A DNA stretch of 50,931 nucleotides from Octopus bimaculoides (Eukaryota), in NCBI RefSeq assembly GCF_001194135.2, contig NC_068988.1:84830794-84881724 (forward strand). The letters are read 5' to 3'. Under the pieces are notes generated by a model. It was given only the letters and a program-made list of their open reading frames with translations. It was not told the DNA's origin and made no database searches. Of this stretch, positions 11,185-23,949 are shown piece by piece. Every line of letters starts with the position of its first letter. The first letter of the stretch is position 1. A program made the translations under genes and the position numbers.

Positions 11185-12607
11185 CAGAGGTGGGCACTGT
11201 TAATCGAAAAGTTAACTTCGTTAATCGTTAATGCGTTAGTTCTTTGAAAATGTAATGGAAGCTCTAACGTTAATCTGTTAATGTTAACACTTATTGAAAA
11301 AAGGCATAACTACAGTTTAATACCCCCACTGACTTTGTTGCCTCATAACTTCCAGAAAAAATGAATACTTTTTAATGAAACTTTCACCAAATAATCGTTT
11401 ATATCTTGTAGATTGAATGTATGTAAAGATTTGTTGGAAAGAATTTTCTGAGGGGTTGGGGAGAGGAGTTTTGGAAAATTCACAGGACCAGACATTTTCC
11501 CCTCATAACTTTCTGGAAAATAGATAATTTTTGATGAAATTTATACAGATACCTTTCAAACAGTGTAGATTACAATTACAAAGAAATTTGTAGGCAAAAT
11601 TTTTGGAAGGGAGCGTGGGGGGAGGGGGAGTTTCTGAAAAAGAGAGTTTTGGATCAGACGGCCNNNNNNNNNNNNNNNNNNNNNNNNNNNNNNNNNNNNN
11701 NNNNNNNNNNNNNNNNNNNNNNNNNNNNNNNNNNNNNNNNNNNNNNNNNNNNNNNNNNNNNNNNNNNNNNNNNNNNNNNNNNNNNNNNNNNNNNNNNNNN
11801 NNNNNNNNNNNNNNNNNNNNNNNNNNNNNNNNNNNNNNNNNNNNNNNNNNNNNNNNNNNNNNNNNNNNNNNNNNNNNNNNNNNNNNNNNNNNNNNNNNNN
11901 NNNNNNNNNNNNNNNNNNNNNNNNNNNNNNNNNNNNNNNNNNNNNNNNNNNNNNNNNNNNNNNNNNNNNNNNNNNNNNNNNNNNNNNNNNNNNNNNNNNN
12001 NNNNNNNNNNNNNNNNNNNNNNNNNNNNNNNNNNNNNNNNNNNNNNNNNNNNNNNNNNNNNNNNNCAAAGTAAACACATGTATAGTCCCAACTGAGCGAG
12101 GCCGTTTTATGTGTGTGTGTAAGATAAATAAACACCTAAAAACATCTGCAGTGTTCATATTAATCTGTCAAGTATAATGCCTATTTGTTCATGTTATTTT
12201 GAATTATTCAGGTTCAAACAATATCTGTTTGTAACTGTAAATTTTTTACATACAAATTTGAAATTTTGTCAGTGGATGCTTTAGAAACCACTGATTTATA
12301 GTTATGTAATTTTAGCTGATCAGAAAATTTCGTAGAGTAATTAGATACAATGGGTTTTGGCCGGTTTAAACACTAAAGGGTTAAAAAGTGCCAAAACTAT
12401 AAAATCAGCTTTTTTGGCCTTTTAAACATTTACCGGCTTTTATGAAATTTTGGAGGTAACGGACTTGAATAAACGGAAAATAAAGGTAATAGAAGTTAAT
12501 TAGTCCAATAATGATTTTCAAAGTTGACTTAAAAGTTAAATCGTTAACAAAAATGTTAACTTCATTAATTAACGATTAACAGATTAACGGACTTATGCCC
12601 AGCTCTG
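11185..12607. mobile_element. Non-autonomous hAT DNA transposon spanning a gap
   Basis: TIRs CAGAGGTGGGCA / TGCCCAGCTCTG (11/12 match); CATACATA on both sides; clusters of subterminal GTTAA(C/T) motifs at both ends. Confidence 0.85.
11664..12065. other. Assembly gap; others at 18828-18981, 23849-23858, 29438-30190, 36452-37338, 38789-38896, 40319-40519, 41336-41872, 46433-46442
   Basis: Runs of N. Confidence 1.
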
Positions 12608-12828
12608 CATACATACATACATACATACATTTTAATATTTATCTAAATATAAAAGCTTTCAACTTTTTCTATCCAAAAGTGATTTTCAATTCAATATTTA
12701 CATTTTACTGTTTATAGCTTTATGTGTGTGCTTCAAGATATACTATTCAAAAACAGAATTATTTCACATTTTCTTGAAAGTTTATAAAATTCTTAGGGTG
12801 TCAGTATATGTATACATACATACATACA

Positions 12829-12864
<36 letters not shown>

Positions 12865-13419
12865 TATGATTGGCTTCTTTCAGCTTCCATCTATAAATTC
12901 CACATACAAGGCTTTTGTTTGCTTGGGGCTTGCCTAAGGTGCCACACAGTGGGGCAGCAAAATCTGGGACCAATTTAATTGAATACTCTGTTTCCAAAAG
13001 TGTTTGGCTTATGCCAAAGCTAGAAATCACAGTTACCCAGATTCTAAGAATAGGACAGTAAAATCATTAGAACTCCTAGTAAAATCATAGTGTGAGTGCT
13101 CTACACAATCTCTTGACCTGCTAGAAATAACATCCAATTCTCTCTCAAATTATATCCTACCAGAGGAAACATTAGACAATATAGTTTCTGATATACAAAA
13201 AGACAGTGTGGTCATTGTTGGAATGCCTTTGCTCATCAGTATTTGCTGAATCAGAGCTGACATAAGGTGAAGCAATGATAAAAGCTTACTGTATTTTCAT
13301 TGTCTATTAAAGTTCTGAGTTCAAATATTGCCAAAGTTGACTTTTTCCCCCTCTTCTTCTGGGATCAATATGATTGTTCCTTGTCTAAGCACAAGGCTAA
13401 CAATTCTGAGAGGAATGAC

Positions 13420-13572
13420 ATTAATTGATACCATCAGCCCTCAGTACTTGACTGAGAGATGAAAGGTGAAGTTGACACTGGTAGGATTTGAACTCAGAAT
13501 GTAAAGAGCCAGAGCAAATACTGCAAAGCAACTTTTCCAATGCTCTAATGATTCTGCCAATTCACCAGCCTT
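13420..13572 (-). mobile_element. SINE family A copy
   Basis: ATTTGAACTCAGAATGTAAAG...ATTCTGCCA body. Confidence 0.75.
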
Positions 13573-13597
13573 CTGGGTTAAAAAATATATACATATA

Positions 13598-13765
13598 TAC
13601 AGGCATGGCTGTATGGTAAGAAGCTTGCTTCCCAACCACATGGTTCTGGGTTCAGTCCCACTATGTGGCACCTTAGGCAAGTGTCTTCTACTATAGCCTT
13701 GGGCCAACCAAAGCCTTGTGGTGGATTTGGTTGATGGAAACTGAAGAGAAGCTCATCATATACAT
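13598..13765 (+). mobile_element. tRNA-headed SINE (family D)
   Basis: A-box-like TGGCTGTATGGTAAG and B-box-like GGTTCAGTCCC. Confidence 0.8.
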
Positions 13766-14040
13766 TTATGTATATGTGTGTGTGTGTGCGTGCGCACATG
13801 TGTGTGTGTGCGTGCGCACATGTGTGTGTGTGTGTTTATTCCCCACCACTGCTTGACAACCGGTGTTGGTGTGTTTATGTCCCTGTAACTTAGTTTTAGC
13901 AAGGAGACTAATAGAAGAAGTACCAGGCTTTAAAAAAATGTACTAGAGTTGACTCATTCAACTAAAAATTCTTCAAGGTGGTGCCCCAGCATGGCTACAG
14001 TCTCACAACTGAAACATGTAAAAAAAAAAGATAAATATAT

Positions 14041-14077
<37 letters not shown>

Positions 14078-15322
14078 GGGACTCCCCCAAGGTCAGGTCT
14101 AATCTGATCAATATCCTTATGATTTAAAGCATTCCAACCATGATCATCCCGTGTCTCTTGTGTTGGCTTCAAATGCTGTTGATCACTGGTGTGTTCAATC
14201 AAAGCTAACATTTGACTAAACTGAAACAACAATAATAACAACAGCAACAATCAATAAATGCAGTTGAAATCGGTGCAGAAACTATGTTACACTTGTATTG
14301 AAACTCTGAGATGTTATACATGGTGTGGGTGTGAGAGATGAGGGTAATAAAAAACGTCTAAGATTTTTACTATTCTCTGCTTTGGTTATTAACTTGGTGC
14401 CAGCCAGTCACAGCCAAGCCAGCAAGTCAGTGAGCTTATTCATTTATTAATTCGTTTATTCATTTATTTTATATTTTTCCCTGCTTCTCTGCAAGTCTCT
14501 CTCCTTCTATACCATTCTCTCTTCTATTCCATCCACTGTCATTCCCCCATCCCCTACTGCCCCAACCGACCAACCAACAAGTCGACCAGCATTCATTATT
14601 GATTCTTTAAATATTACTGGAATCAGAAATTCTAGATCGTATTTTGCTGCTAAGTTTTTTCATTAAATAGTGTTTGTCTTTTTTTTTTCATCAATATTTA
14701 AATTTTTTGTTTTGTTATTTTTACTGTTGTTGATGTAGTTGTTATTATGGTTGTTGTATTGAAGTTGCTATTTGTTGATTTTGTTATGATTACTGCTACA
14801 ATTGTTGGTGTTGTTATTGTTTTAGTAATGTCCATACTTTATTTGCCATCAGCTCATTGAAGATTATCTCTATGACTAACTTGTTAATTAGCATTTGCAC
14901 CATTAAAACATTCTCATGTTGTTCTTAGCATCTTGGGGAGGAAGTATCAGTAGATGATAGACTAACATCACATAACAAACCAGTGTTCTTTGATAGATAA
15001 ATGTTCTATAGTAAATATATGTCCGGTGGTAGAGCACCATCTTGTGATAGACTTGTATGAAGGATGTGTGTATGTATGAATGTGAATATACATACGTACA
15101 TATATATATTTAGTATGATTTGGATAAAAGCCTTGTAATGTGCATTTAAGAACTCCTGTGCTGTAATCTGGCTACCACATGTGATTCTACAGTAGGATAT
15201 TTTCTAGGGTTGGGTACACATGTGAAACTCCTCTATGCATAAAATTGATACAAGAACAATATAAGAATAATATAACATGAGGCTGGAGGATATCAGACGT
15301 TAATAGAAAATCACAACATTTG

Positions 15323-15623
15323 TTTCTGCACTGCACACCAGATTTAAGTTGCTGATTTTATATTCATATACCATCATACGAGATTATTCTTCATAATTAC
15401 TACATAGTTGAATATTTTTTCAGCAACAGCCATGTGTAGGCACTTTGCTTCATTGAGTGGAATGCAATAAAGCACTGTGCTTAATCATATTCCACTTGAT
15501 GAAGCACCCAAACATGGTGATTGCTGAAAAATATTCAACTATATAGTAATTATAAAGAATAATCTTATTCGATGGTATATGAATATAAAATTAGCAACTT
15601 GAAGCTGATGTGTGGTGCAGAAA
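15323..15623. repeat. ~300-bp foldback palindrome (MITE-like)
   Basis: Arms complementary about centre 15476 (AAGCAC-T-GTGCTT), e.g. AATTACTACATAGTTGAATATTTTTCAGCAA vs TTGCTGAAAAATATTCAACTATATAGTAATT (30/31). Confidence 0.9.
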
Positions 15624-15660
15624 TGCATGCTGTGATCTACTATTAAAGCTATTATATATA

Positions 15661-16370
15661 CGGTGGTATCAAAAGGTTCCCAGACTAGCTATGTTTAATA
15701 AAAGATAACTTATTTACCTCAGTTTTAGCATCATCTCCTTTGAAAGAGTCACCTTGTGCAGCAATACACCAGTCCTAACATTCCTGCCACTTTTGGATTC
15801 CAGCCTGGATGTTGTTTTCCGCAAGCAAGTCAAGGACCTTCTGCAGTTCACTCTAGATCTCGACAATGGTGTTAAAATGGTGATCTTTAAGCTGCATTTT
15901 CATCTTGGGGAAGAGATGGAAGTCTGCAGGTGCTAAATCTGATGAATAAGGCAGGTGCAAAAGCAATTCCATCTTGTTTTTAACGAAAAACTCATGAATG
16001 AGGAAAGTTTGATGACAGGGTGCATTGTCGTCGTGAAGAATCCAATTCTTTGAGCTCCACCGATCTAATTGTTTTCACCAAATGCCCTCCCTCAAATGCT
16101 TTGAAACATTGTTGATTGTCCTCTGACAATCCTCATGCACAAGCTGATGAATTTTCTCCACATTTCTGGTGGGTGATGCTCATGGCAGGTCTTCCAGATC
16201 ACTCATCTTCTTCCAGGGATGTTCTTCTGCTTTTGAAGCACCTGTGCAACTCGAAACATTACATACGACCCATTGCCTCATTGCCATAAGCTTGCTGACT
16301 ATATTAACTGTTTTTCAGAATAGTAGGCTTATCCAACTAGAGTATCTAAAATAATGTTTCATAAGGGTTG
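15661..16370 (-). mobile_element. mariner transposon, internally deleted and decayed
   Basis: AYGNEAMGRM*CFELHRCFKSRRTSLEEDE*SGRP (N-terminal HTH) and LHLPYSSDLAPADFHLFPKMK (YSPDLAP-like); TA precedes the terminus. Confidence 0.88.
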
Positions 16371-16399
16371 TGCTGGTGTCATTCAAAAAAAATCTGGAT

Positions 16400-18643
16400 G
16401 TAGAATCTCGTGCAATTTCAAGACTCACATAGGAAAAGAAGACCTGTTCCTCTAGTAGAGCATTCTTTGGAAAACAACTGCAGGATACCAATGAAACTTC
16501 AAATTGTCAGTCACCACCTGTTCTTTGGAGGTACCATCAAAGGAAGGAAAGAAAGAACAAAGGAAGTTTCAAAAGAAGTAACTTTTTTTGGCAAAAGAAA
16601 TTAAATTTCTCATATTTATCCATTCAAAATGTACAAGCAAAAGTAGAAAAAGTGCTGAATACCTACAATAAATGTGTAAAACTGGGTAAAATATGAGTCA
16701 TTGAAAGGAATTTTTGACATCACAAAGGAAAACGGTGAATGGCTGTGCAGTGAAGATAGAAGGTTATATTATCTTCAAATTGAAAGCAAGGTACAGGTTG
16801 GTTATGGAACTGGAAAGGTAACCAGTTCCAAAACTATTCCTCCATCCAAAAGAAGACTAGTGTCCTTAATGCCAACTTCAACCAGAGCAATTCCAGTGTC
16901 ATTGTCAACGTCTGAAGCAGAGACTGAAAGTGAATATCAAGAGTCTGAAAAATCAGATGAAGAATCCACACAAACAAGGAGGAAGTGTAGCAAAACTGGA
17001 ACTGCAACCAAGTTAGTAATATCTTCCAAGCTATCAACCCAAAAAGAAGCAACAGTTTATTGACAATTTTCTCAAGATGGAATCAATGTTGAGACTCCCT
17101 CCCAATCTGGTATTTACAGATCAACTATCAAAGAAGTTGTTAAATTAAAAAAGGAAGTGAAGAAAACACTACATTTAGAAAACTGGTCATTGCATTTTGA
17201 CGGTAAATGTATTGATGATCAAGTGCTAGTTTTAAAGAATGAACAGAGAGAAGTTAAGTTAGAAGCCCTCCAATTGCCAAAGGGAAAAGCTGATACTGTT
17301 GTGAAAGGAATAACAGTTGTTTTTGATGAATACAATTTATGGAATTGTGTAAAAATGATTGTCGCCGATACGAGTGTGAACACTGGGAAAAGAAATGGCA
17401 TTGTCATTCAGTTGCAAAGACTGTTTGCTCAAAATGGTTTGAAAGAACAGCAATTTATTGGTTGTCAGCATCATATCCTTGATAGAGTTCTTCGTGTTGT
17501 AATGGATAATGAACTTGAAGAAAAAAAATCATCTCCCAATATTGAATATACATTCATTCCAGAGCTTCTAAGTAATTACAAGAAACTCCAGGCTAATTTA
17601 ACAATGGTGAAGAAAAGATTACTGAATCAACAGGATGACGAGATGGCATGAAATTTCTATTTCGTTTGACCAGAGTTTTTCATTTCTTTGAAGAAACCTG
17701 CAAATTTCCTACTGTAAAGTTTTAAAAAATACTCAATTTAAGTAATGCAAGATGGAATTCTTGAGTAACACTAGCTCTTTGGCATTTATTCTTCTATGAG
17801 AAAAAAGAGTTTTGCTTCTCAATGTTTGTCGATTCATCTCTTACATCTGGGCAGATGTTTGGTTTACTGACCAAATGTTCAGTGCATATGCTTATCAGAA
17901 GTTACGTGGTAGCCTGCAAGTTCATAAAAAAGCATTGAACTCTGTAAAAAACTTTTGGAATCGAGAACCACCAAAACTGGAAATTCCCAGAACAAATCAG
18001 AGTGCAGAACAGGCCATCAAGTGCTTTCAAGATCTTTATGATGTTTGTAAAAAGAAAAACTTCAGCTTTGATTTATTTTATCTAACAAAACATATTCTTT
18101 GTTATGTTTAAAAATTTGCTAACATTCAGCACCCTTTTTCTTATACAGCTATTTAAAATTGGAATAAAACCTATAAAGTTAAAAATGTGTATTGTTTTTA
18201 ATTTTGTATGTTGTCAAATGCTTGTAGTGGCCTCTGTCTTAAAATAACCTAGTTTTGAACCTTTACATAGAGCAATTTCAATTCAGTAATCTTAAAAATG
18301 TATAAAAACACTTTTATTCCACATCTCTCTTGCGTCTACAAGGATTTAGGCAGCAGAAATACTGAAGTGTGAATCTAGTTCCACCTAATGATTATAGTTT
18401 TAAAAGCCCATAACTCCCAAACTACTTCAACTAGAAAGCTAAAAGTTCAGATATACTATTTCTGCATTGCATTAAGTCAGCACACCAAGTTTGGTAAAAA
18501 CTTGAGCAGGCGTTATGAACCCCCTCTAGAATTTTGCATGATTTGGGTCAAAAGTGGTGATCAATTTCTTAAGCAAAATAAATATTAGTTTCTTAACTTT
18601 TATAAAAATTATTCATCGAATTTGTGAAAAATTCATAACCCTA
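16400..18643 (+). mobile_element. hAT-superfamily transposase pseudogene, probably hATm-type, with right end
   Basis: LHFDGK, IVADTSVNTGKRNG and FIGCQHHILD motifs with several frameshifts; the right terminus reads TAGGGTTATG on the minus strand. Subfamily assignment is from memory of motifs, not a search. Confidence 0.7.
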
Positions 18644-18981
18644 ATATACATACCACAATTCCTTAATCAAAGCACTAATCATGATATATGGGACAATGAA
18701 TATTTGCAAGAGCTTGTTAAGATTTAAAGAATAATGAACAAAACAAGATGCTTTCCTTCACAATATTGCTCCTAAGCAGGTGGCCAATCACTCTAAATTA
18801 AAAATATAAAAGAAACGATGCATATATNNNNNNNNNNNNNNNNNNNNNNNNNNNNNNNNNNNNNNNNNNNNNNNNNNNNNNNNNNNNNNNNNNNNNNNNN
18901 NNNNNNNNNNNNNNNNNNNNNNNNNNNNNNNNNNNNNNNNNNNNNNNNNNNNNNNNNNNNNNNNNNNNNNNNNNNNNNNNN

Positions 18982-19014
<33 letters not shown>

Positions 19015-19020
<6 letters not shown>

Positions 19021-19215
19021 CATCATCATCACTTAATGTCTGTTTTCCATGCTGGCAGGTTGGACAGTTTGACTGGATCTGGCCAGCTAGAGGACTGCAC
19101 AAAGTTCTACTCTCAGCTTTGGCATATTTTCTTCAGCTGGATGCTCTTCCTAATGCTAACCACTTTACAGAGTGCACTGGGTGCCTTATATGTGGTACCA
19201 GCACCAGCAAGGTTT
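19015..19215 (-). mobile_element. SINE family C copy
   Basis: CATCATC...TTTTCCATGCTGGCA...CTGGATG...CTTCCTAATGC. Confidence 0.8.
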
Positions 19216-19334
19216 CCAAGCAACTTTCAAGACAAAATATAGTGCTGAACGTATTGAATACCTTCTTGAGTTATGATCTATGATCAAGATTTATAGTAAG
19301 TATATCCACCTTCTTCTCCTCCACCTTCTGAGCA

Positions 19335-19600
19335 TCATCATCATCATTTTATGCCTGTTTTTCCATGCTGGCATGGGTTGGAGTCACCTCATTATGGTCT
19401 GAGCCACCATATAGTTCAAGTTACCTCCCACTGGGAGCTACAGCTCTTAAAGATGGTACCTTTCATTCGGCTTGGTTTCTGCACTGGATATCTTTCCTAA
19501 TATTCAATTACTTTATAATGTACTGGATGCATTCACTTGTCGTACCAATGCTAGAGAAGTCAAATAATCCTTTGTGAGACAAGATTAGGAGGAACCTCAT
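19335..19600 (-). mobile_element. SINE family C copy, old
   Basis: TTTTCCATGCTGGCATGGGTTGGA start. Confidence 0.65.
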
Positions 19601-19866
19601 AGTCTCACACTTTCTCTGCTCATTCAGTTAACTACGTACTGTGAACAGTAGATGGAGAGTCTTGTACACAATAAATGTAACTTTCTAGAATATTCATTAA
19701 CCTAAAGTGTGCAGATTGAAATGGGGAAAGGACAGGGATCAATGATGATAGGAAGACCAAAAATGGGTATTTGAGAAGTGGGGATAGGGGTGTAAATGTA
19801 GATGTAGAGAGTACTCAATAAACTTGGGTATGCATATCTGCTCAGGTGATCAAGGAGGGGAATTGG

Positions 19867-19998
<132 letters not shown>

Positions 19999-20284
19999 AA
20001 CAATGATCAGAAGTACCAGAATTGCCAGGAAAGTAGAAAGAACAACAGTATGATGGGTAGAGTGCAGAGAGTGAATGGGTGGTGTCAGGAGGGGAGTTGT
20101 TGGCAGTGGCAGAGGTGGTCAAAAGTAAGGGTGTGTGAGTGTAAATAACTAGTGTATGATAGTAAAAGGCAAGGCTGTTTGAGGTGAAGCCATCGGTTGG
20201 GGAGTAATTGGTAATAGTTGAGGTGGGTGATGAGATAAAAGCAAAAGCATGTAAGGCAGCAGAGGTGGTAGGGAAAACGATGGC

Positions 20285-20287
20285 ATC

Positions 20288-20334
<47 letters not shown>

Positions 20335-20570
20335 CGATGACGATGACGATGATGATGATGATGATGATGATGACAACAGTGCTGGTGGCAGTGGTGGAGA
20401 TGATGATGATGATGGTTGTGATGATAATAATAGCAACAATGATAATGATGATAAGGAGGAGGGTAATGATGAAATTGACAGTAAAGTAATTACTGCTAAT
20501 AATGGTGATGACGATGATGTTGATGATAATGATGGTGGTGATGATGATGATGATGATGTTGGTGATGACA
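20285..20570. repeat. (GAT)n microsatellite and degenerate extension
   Basis: Direct reading; source of the poly-Met, poly-Ile and poly-Ser ORFs. Confidence 0.95.
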
Positions 20571-20979
20571 GGCAACACAGAATATTATCCCCACTCCCAC
20601 CCTTCATCTACCCTGTACTGCATAGGATGGCACATTTTTTTAATGGACAGCTTCAGTAAATTTCCTTACTGAATGTCGGAAGTGATTGACAAAAATCTTT
20701 CTGTTAGTCTGAAATTATCCATTAAAATTTTAATCACTCAATTAATCTGTTAGCTGTTAATTATGATAAATGAATCAGGTTTTAGCTGCCATCATCAAAT
20801 TTTTTTTCTGTGCTGAAATAGTGAGTTTCCAATTAGTGTTTCAGAGATATATTTATCAGCTCCTGGAAGGAGGAAACTTAAAAGGTGATTCCTCCAGCCC
20901 AAACCTGACAACTAGAAGCAGAAGTAGTATTTGAATTCTAGCATAAAGAAACAAAAATAAATACTACCATTTGACTATC

Positions 20980-21425
20980 TTAAAAGTACCTGTGCTGGTA
21001 TCACATAAAAACATCCATGCTGGTACCATGTAAAGCTGCCTATGCCAGTGCTACATGTAAGTGCTTGTGCCTGTGCCATATGAAACCTCCCGTGCTGGTG
21101 TCACGTAAATGCAACTATGCTGGTGCTATGTAAAAGTGCCTGTGCTGGTGCCACAAATAAGCATCCATGCTGGTGCCATGTAAAAAAGCCTGTCAGTGTC
21201 ACTTAAAGTGCCTGTGTTGGTGTCACATAAAAGTACTTGTGCCAGTGTCATTTAAAAGCACCTGTACCAGTGCCACATAGAGGCATGCAGTACACTCTAT
21301 AAAGTGGTTGGTGTTAGGAAGGCCATCCAGCTGTAGAACCCATGTCAAAACAGCTGGCCAACTCCTGTCAAACTGTCCAACTCATGCCAGCATGGACAAC
21401 CGATATTAAATGATGATTATGATGA
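20980..21425 (+). mobile_element. SINE family C copy with expanded ~26-bp internal tandem array
   Basis: About 12 units of AAAGCACCYRTGCTGGTGCCACRTA (20985-21290), then the family C 3' end and (GAT)n. Confidence 0.8.
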
Positions 21426-21429
21426 AGGT

Positions 21430-21764
21430 TTCTAATTTAGATACGAAACAATTAATTTTTGAGAGAGGTCATTAGTAGATACTATTGACCTTAGAATTTG
21501 ACTGGTACTTTATTTTATCAACCCTGACAGTATGAAAGCAAAGTTGACCTCTGCAGAATTTGAACACAGAATGTAGAGAACTAGAAATACCATGAAGTAT
21601 TTCCTCCAATGATCAAACAATTCTGCCAATCCATCACCCTTATCTTGGTAATAATAATAATTCTTTAAAATTCTGGTATGAGGTCAGCAAATTTAGAGGG
21701 AGGGAGTTATTCGATTACATCACTACCAGCAAATGTTAATGATTCTACCAGCTACCTGCCTTCT

Positions 21765-21803
<39 letters not shown>

Positions 21804-22015
21804 TCCTTTCTACTAAAGGCACAAGGCCTGAAATTTTGGGGGAGTGGACTAGTTGATTACATTGACCCAGTGTTTCACTGGTACTTAATTTATTGATCCC
21901 GAAAGAAAGGGATTAGTCAAAACTATCAGTCCCAGTACTAGATTGGTACTTGATTGTATTAAACCAGAAGAGATGAATAGTAAAGTTAATCTTAGCAGAA
22001 TTTGAACTTTGAACA
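21430..22015 (-). mobile_element. Cluster of three or four family A SINE copies, partly separated by (AAT)n
   Basis: Repeated GATTAC/ACTGGTACTT/GAATTTGAAC blocks in the same orientation. Confidence 0.7.
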
Positions 22016-22164
22016 TAAAGAGTCAGAGAAAATACAGCAAAGCATTTTGTCTGACACTCTCTCTCTTTATATATATATATATGAAAGAAGGTTTGAAAAT
22101 GCACTTATTTTAAAGATATTTATTTACTTAACCGGTTTCACTTTTTTAGAAAAAGATTATCAAA

Positions 22165-22485
22165 AGTCTTTGAGAATAATAGAAAATGTTAAAAAACAGT
22201 TTGAGTATTAAAATGCATATATACATTATTTGATGATAATAAGAGGAATATATTTAAAGTATAAAGTTTTGTATGAGCTTTGTAGTGTTACATACTGATT
22301 ATCACACATTCTCTGATAATAAGACGAAAATGTTAAAAACAGTGTAAGTATGAAAATACATATATGGAAAAATACATATACATATTCTTTGATAATAATA
22401 GAAAATGTTAGAAACAGTTTAAGTATCAAAATACATATATACAGTCTTTGATAATAATAATAAGAATATGTTTGAAAAAGTTTAC
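22165..22485. repeat. ~58-60-bp AT-rich degenerate minisatellite
   Basis: TCTTTGATAATAATAGAAAATGTTA..AACAGTTT.AGTAT.AAAAT.CATATATAC recurs four to five times. Confidence 0.7.
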
Positions 22486-22622
22486 AACGTTGTTATAACA
22501 AAAAGGATTTGGTAAAATATGTATATATATACCCAGGAAATATATTTAAGAGTTCGCAAAAAGTTGAGGAGGAACTGACCTAGCTTTTTTCTCTTGTGTG
22601 TATTGAGGGAATGTTTGCTGTC

Positions 22623-22664
<42 letters not shown>

Positions 22665-22833
22665 ATATATATATCATATTGTGTCTGGATATATATATAT
22701 ATATATATAAATGTTTGTATGTATAATATGTAATATATAATATACATACATGTAGACACAAACACACACACACACACCGCATATAGTTACAGTTTACTTA
22801 CGTTCTTGGATATGTATTATGTGTATGTGTATA

Positions 22834-23815
22834 CAGGGTGTAACAGGTAAATTGGGACCATTTAAATATCTTTAATATAATTGGTATAACTCGGAACAAT
22901 CAAATGCTGCAAGTTTTATGTTTATGCCAGTTTATTGTGGATTGTTTAGCACTTATTTCAGTTCAATGTGACCATCATTTGCTTTCTTTACCATTTCAAT
23001 CCATTTATGAAATGATGCACATGCCTTTACTATTTCTTTTTTCATTTTACTGAATGCTCACTTGATTGAAACTTTCAGTGAAGATATACAGTTGCAAGAA
23101 GTTGCATAGGATATTGCTTCAGCTATGCCCCATAGTCAAAACTCACATGAATTCAAATCTGATGAGCTAGAGGGCTAGATATCTTTAGGGATATGGGCAA
23201 TTCCTTCTTCAAAAATTCTTACACTCTTTTCAAAGAATGGGCTAATGCAGAGTCCTGTACAAACATGAATTAACTTGCATCATAATGCTTCTTAATCCAA
23301 GGTAACAAAACTTCTTCTAAGATTTTGAGATACTCTGCTGTGTTGATTTTAAGAACTGCTTCAATAAAATGAGGAGGCATCAATTTCCCATCACTTGCAA
23401 CAGCTTCAAAGACCATAATAGAAGCCAGATTCTTGCTATGTGTAGCTGAAGGAACATGGGAAGGTCTTATGCTATCACTTGTGAGTTTTGACAGTTTATA
23501 ACTTTGTCTATCATGAACTTCTTTTCATTCATGAAGACGCAGATGTCTCTGCCACGATGTTTCAGATGACTAAGAGGTTTGGGACATCTTTCAGCTCGAA
23601 TGGCTTTGGAGTAAGTAGTTAGGATGTTACAGTGTCTCCTTACGTACAGTTTCATATGGAGGTCATGTCTCACAGTCCTAGAAATTATCATTTTACTGAT
23701 TCCTTGATCTTGAGTCAACTTCACCATCAATTTTGATGGGTTCAACTCAATTGATCTTTTAAGTCCATTTAAGAAACAAGGTGTGCATTTTCAGTCACTA
23801 CAAGGACTGTAAGGC
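22834..23815 (-). mobile_element. maT/DD37D-like Tc1-mariner transposon, decayed
   Basis: TA|CAGGGTG terminus; VFMNEKKFMID; ASIMVFEAVASDGKLMPPHFI; FVQDSALAH; I*PSSSSDLNSCEF. Second-to-third catalytic spacing is ~36-37 aa across one frameshift. Confidence 0.82.
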
Positions 23816-23949
23816 TTTCTCCATATATGTATATATATTTATATATATNNNNNNNNNNTATTACTCTACCTCTGGTATTTGAGTACTCTTTTTTCCACCT
23901 TGTTGCACATTTTATGTGCTTACTCCGGTATATATATACAGTTTGTTAG

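Noticed and set aside
4999-15050. Isolated plus-strand exon candidates at 5000-5118, 7536-7643 and 14929-15000
   Set aside because: Acceptors are plausible, but the phases do not link and the peptides are unrecognisable; not supportable without RNA data.
23157-23185. CTGATGA followed by a CTAG-AGGG-CTAG hairpin, hammerhead-like
   Set aside because: No GAAA follows; it is the antisense of the transposase WPPSSPDLN-like codons.
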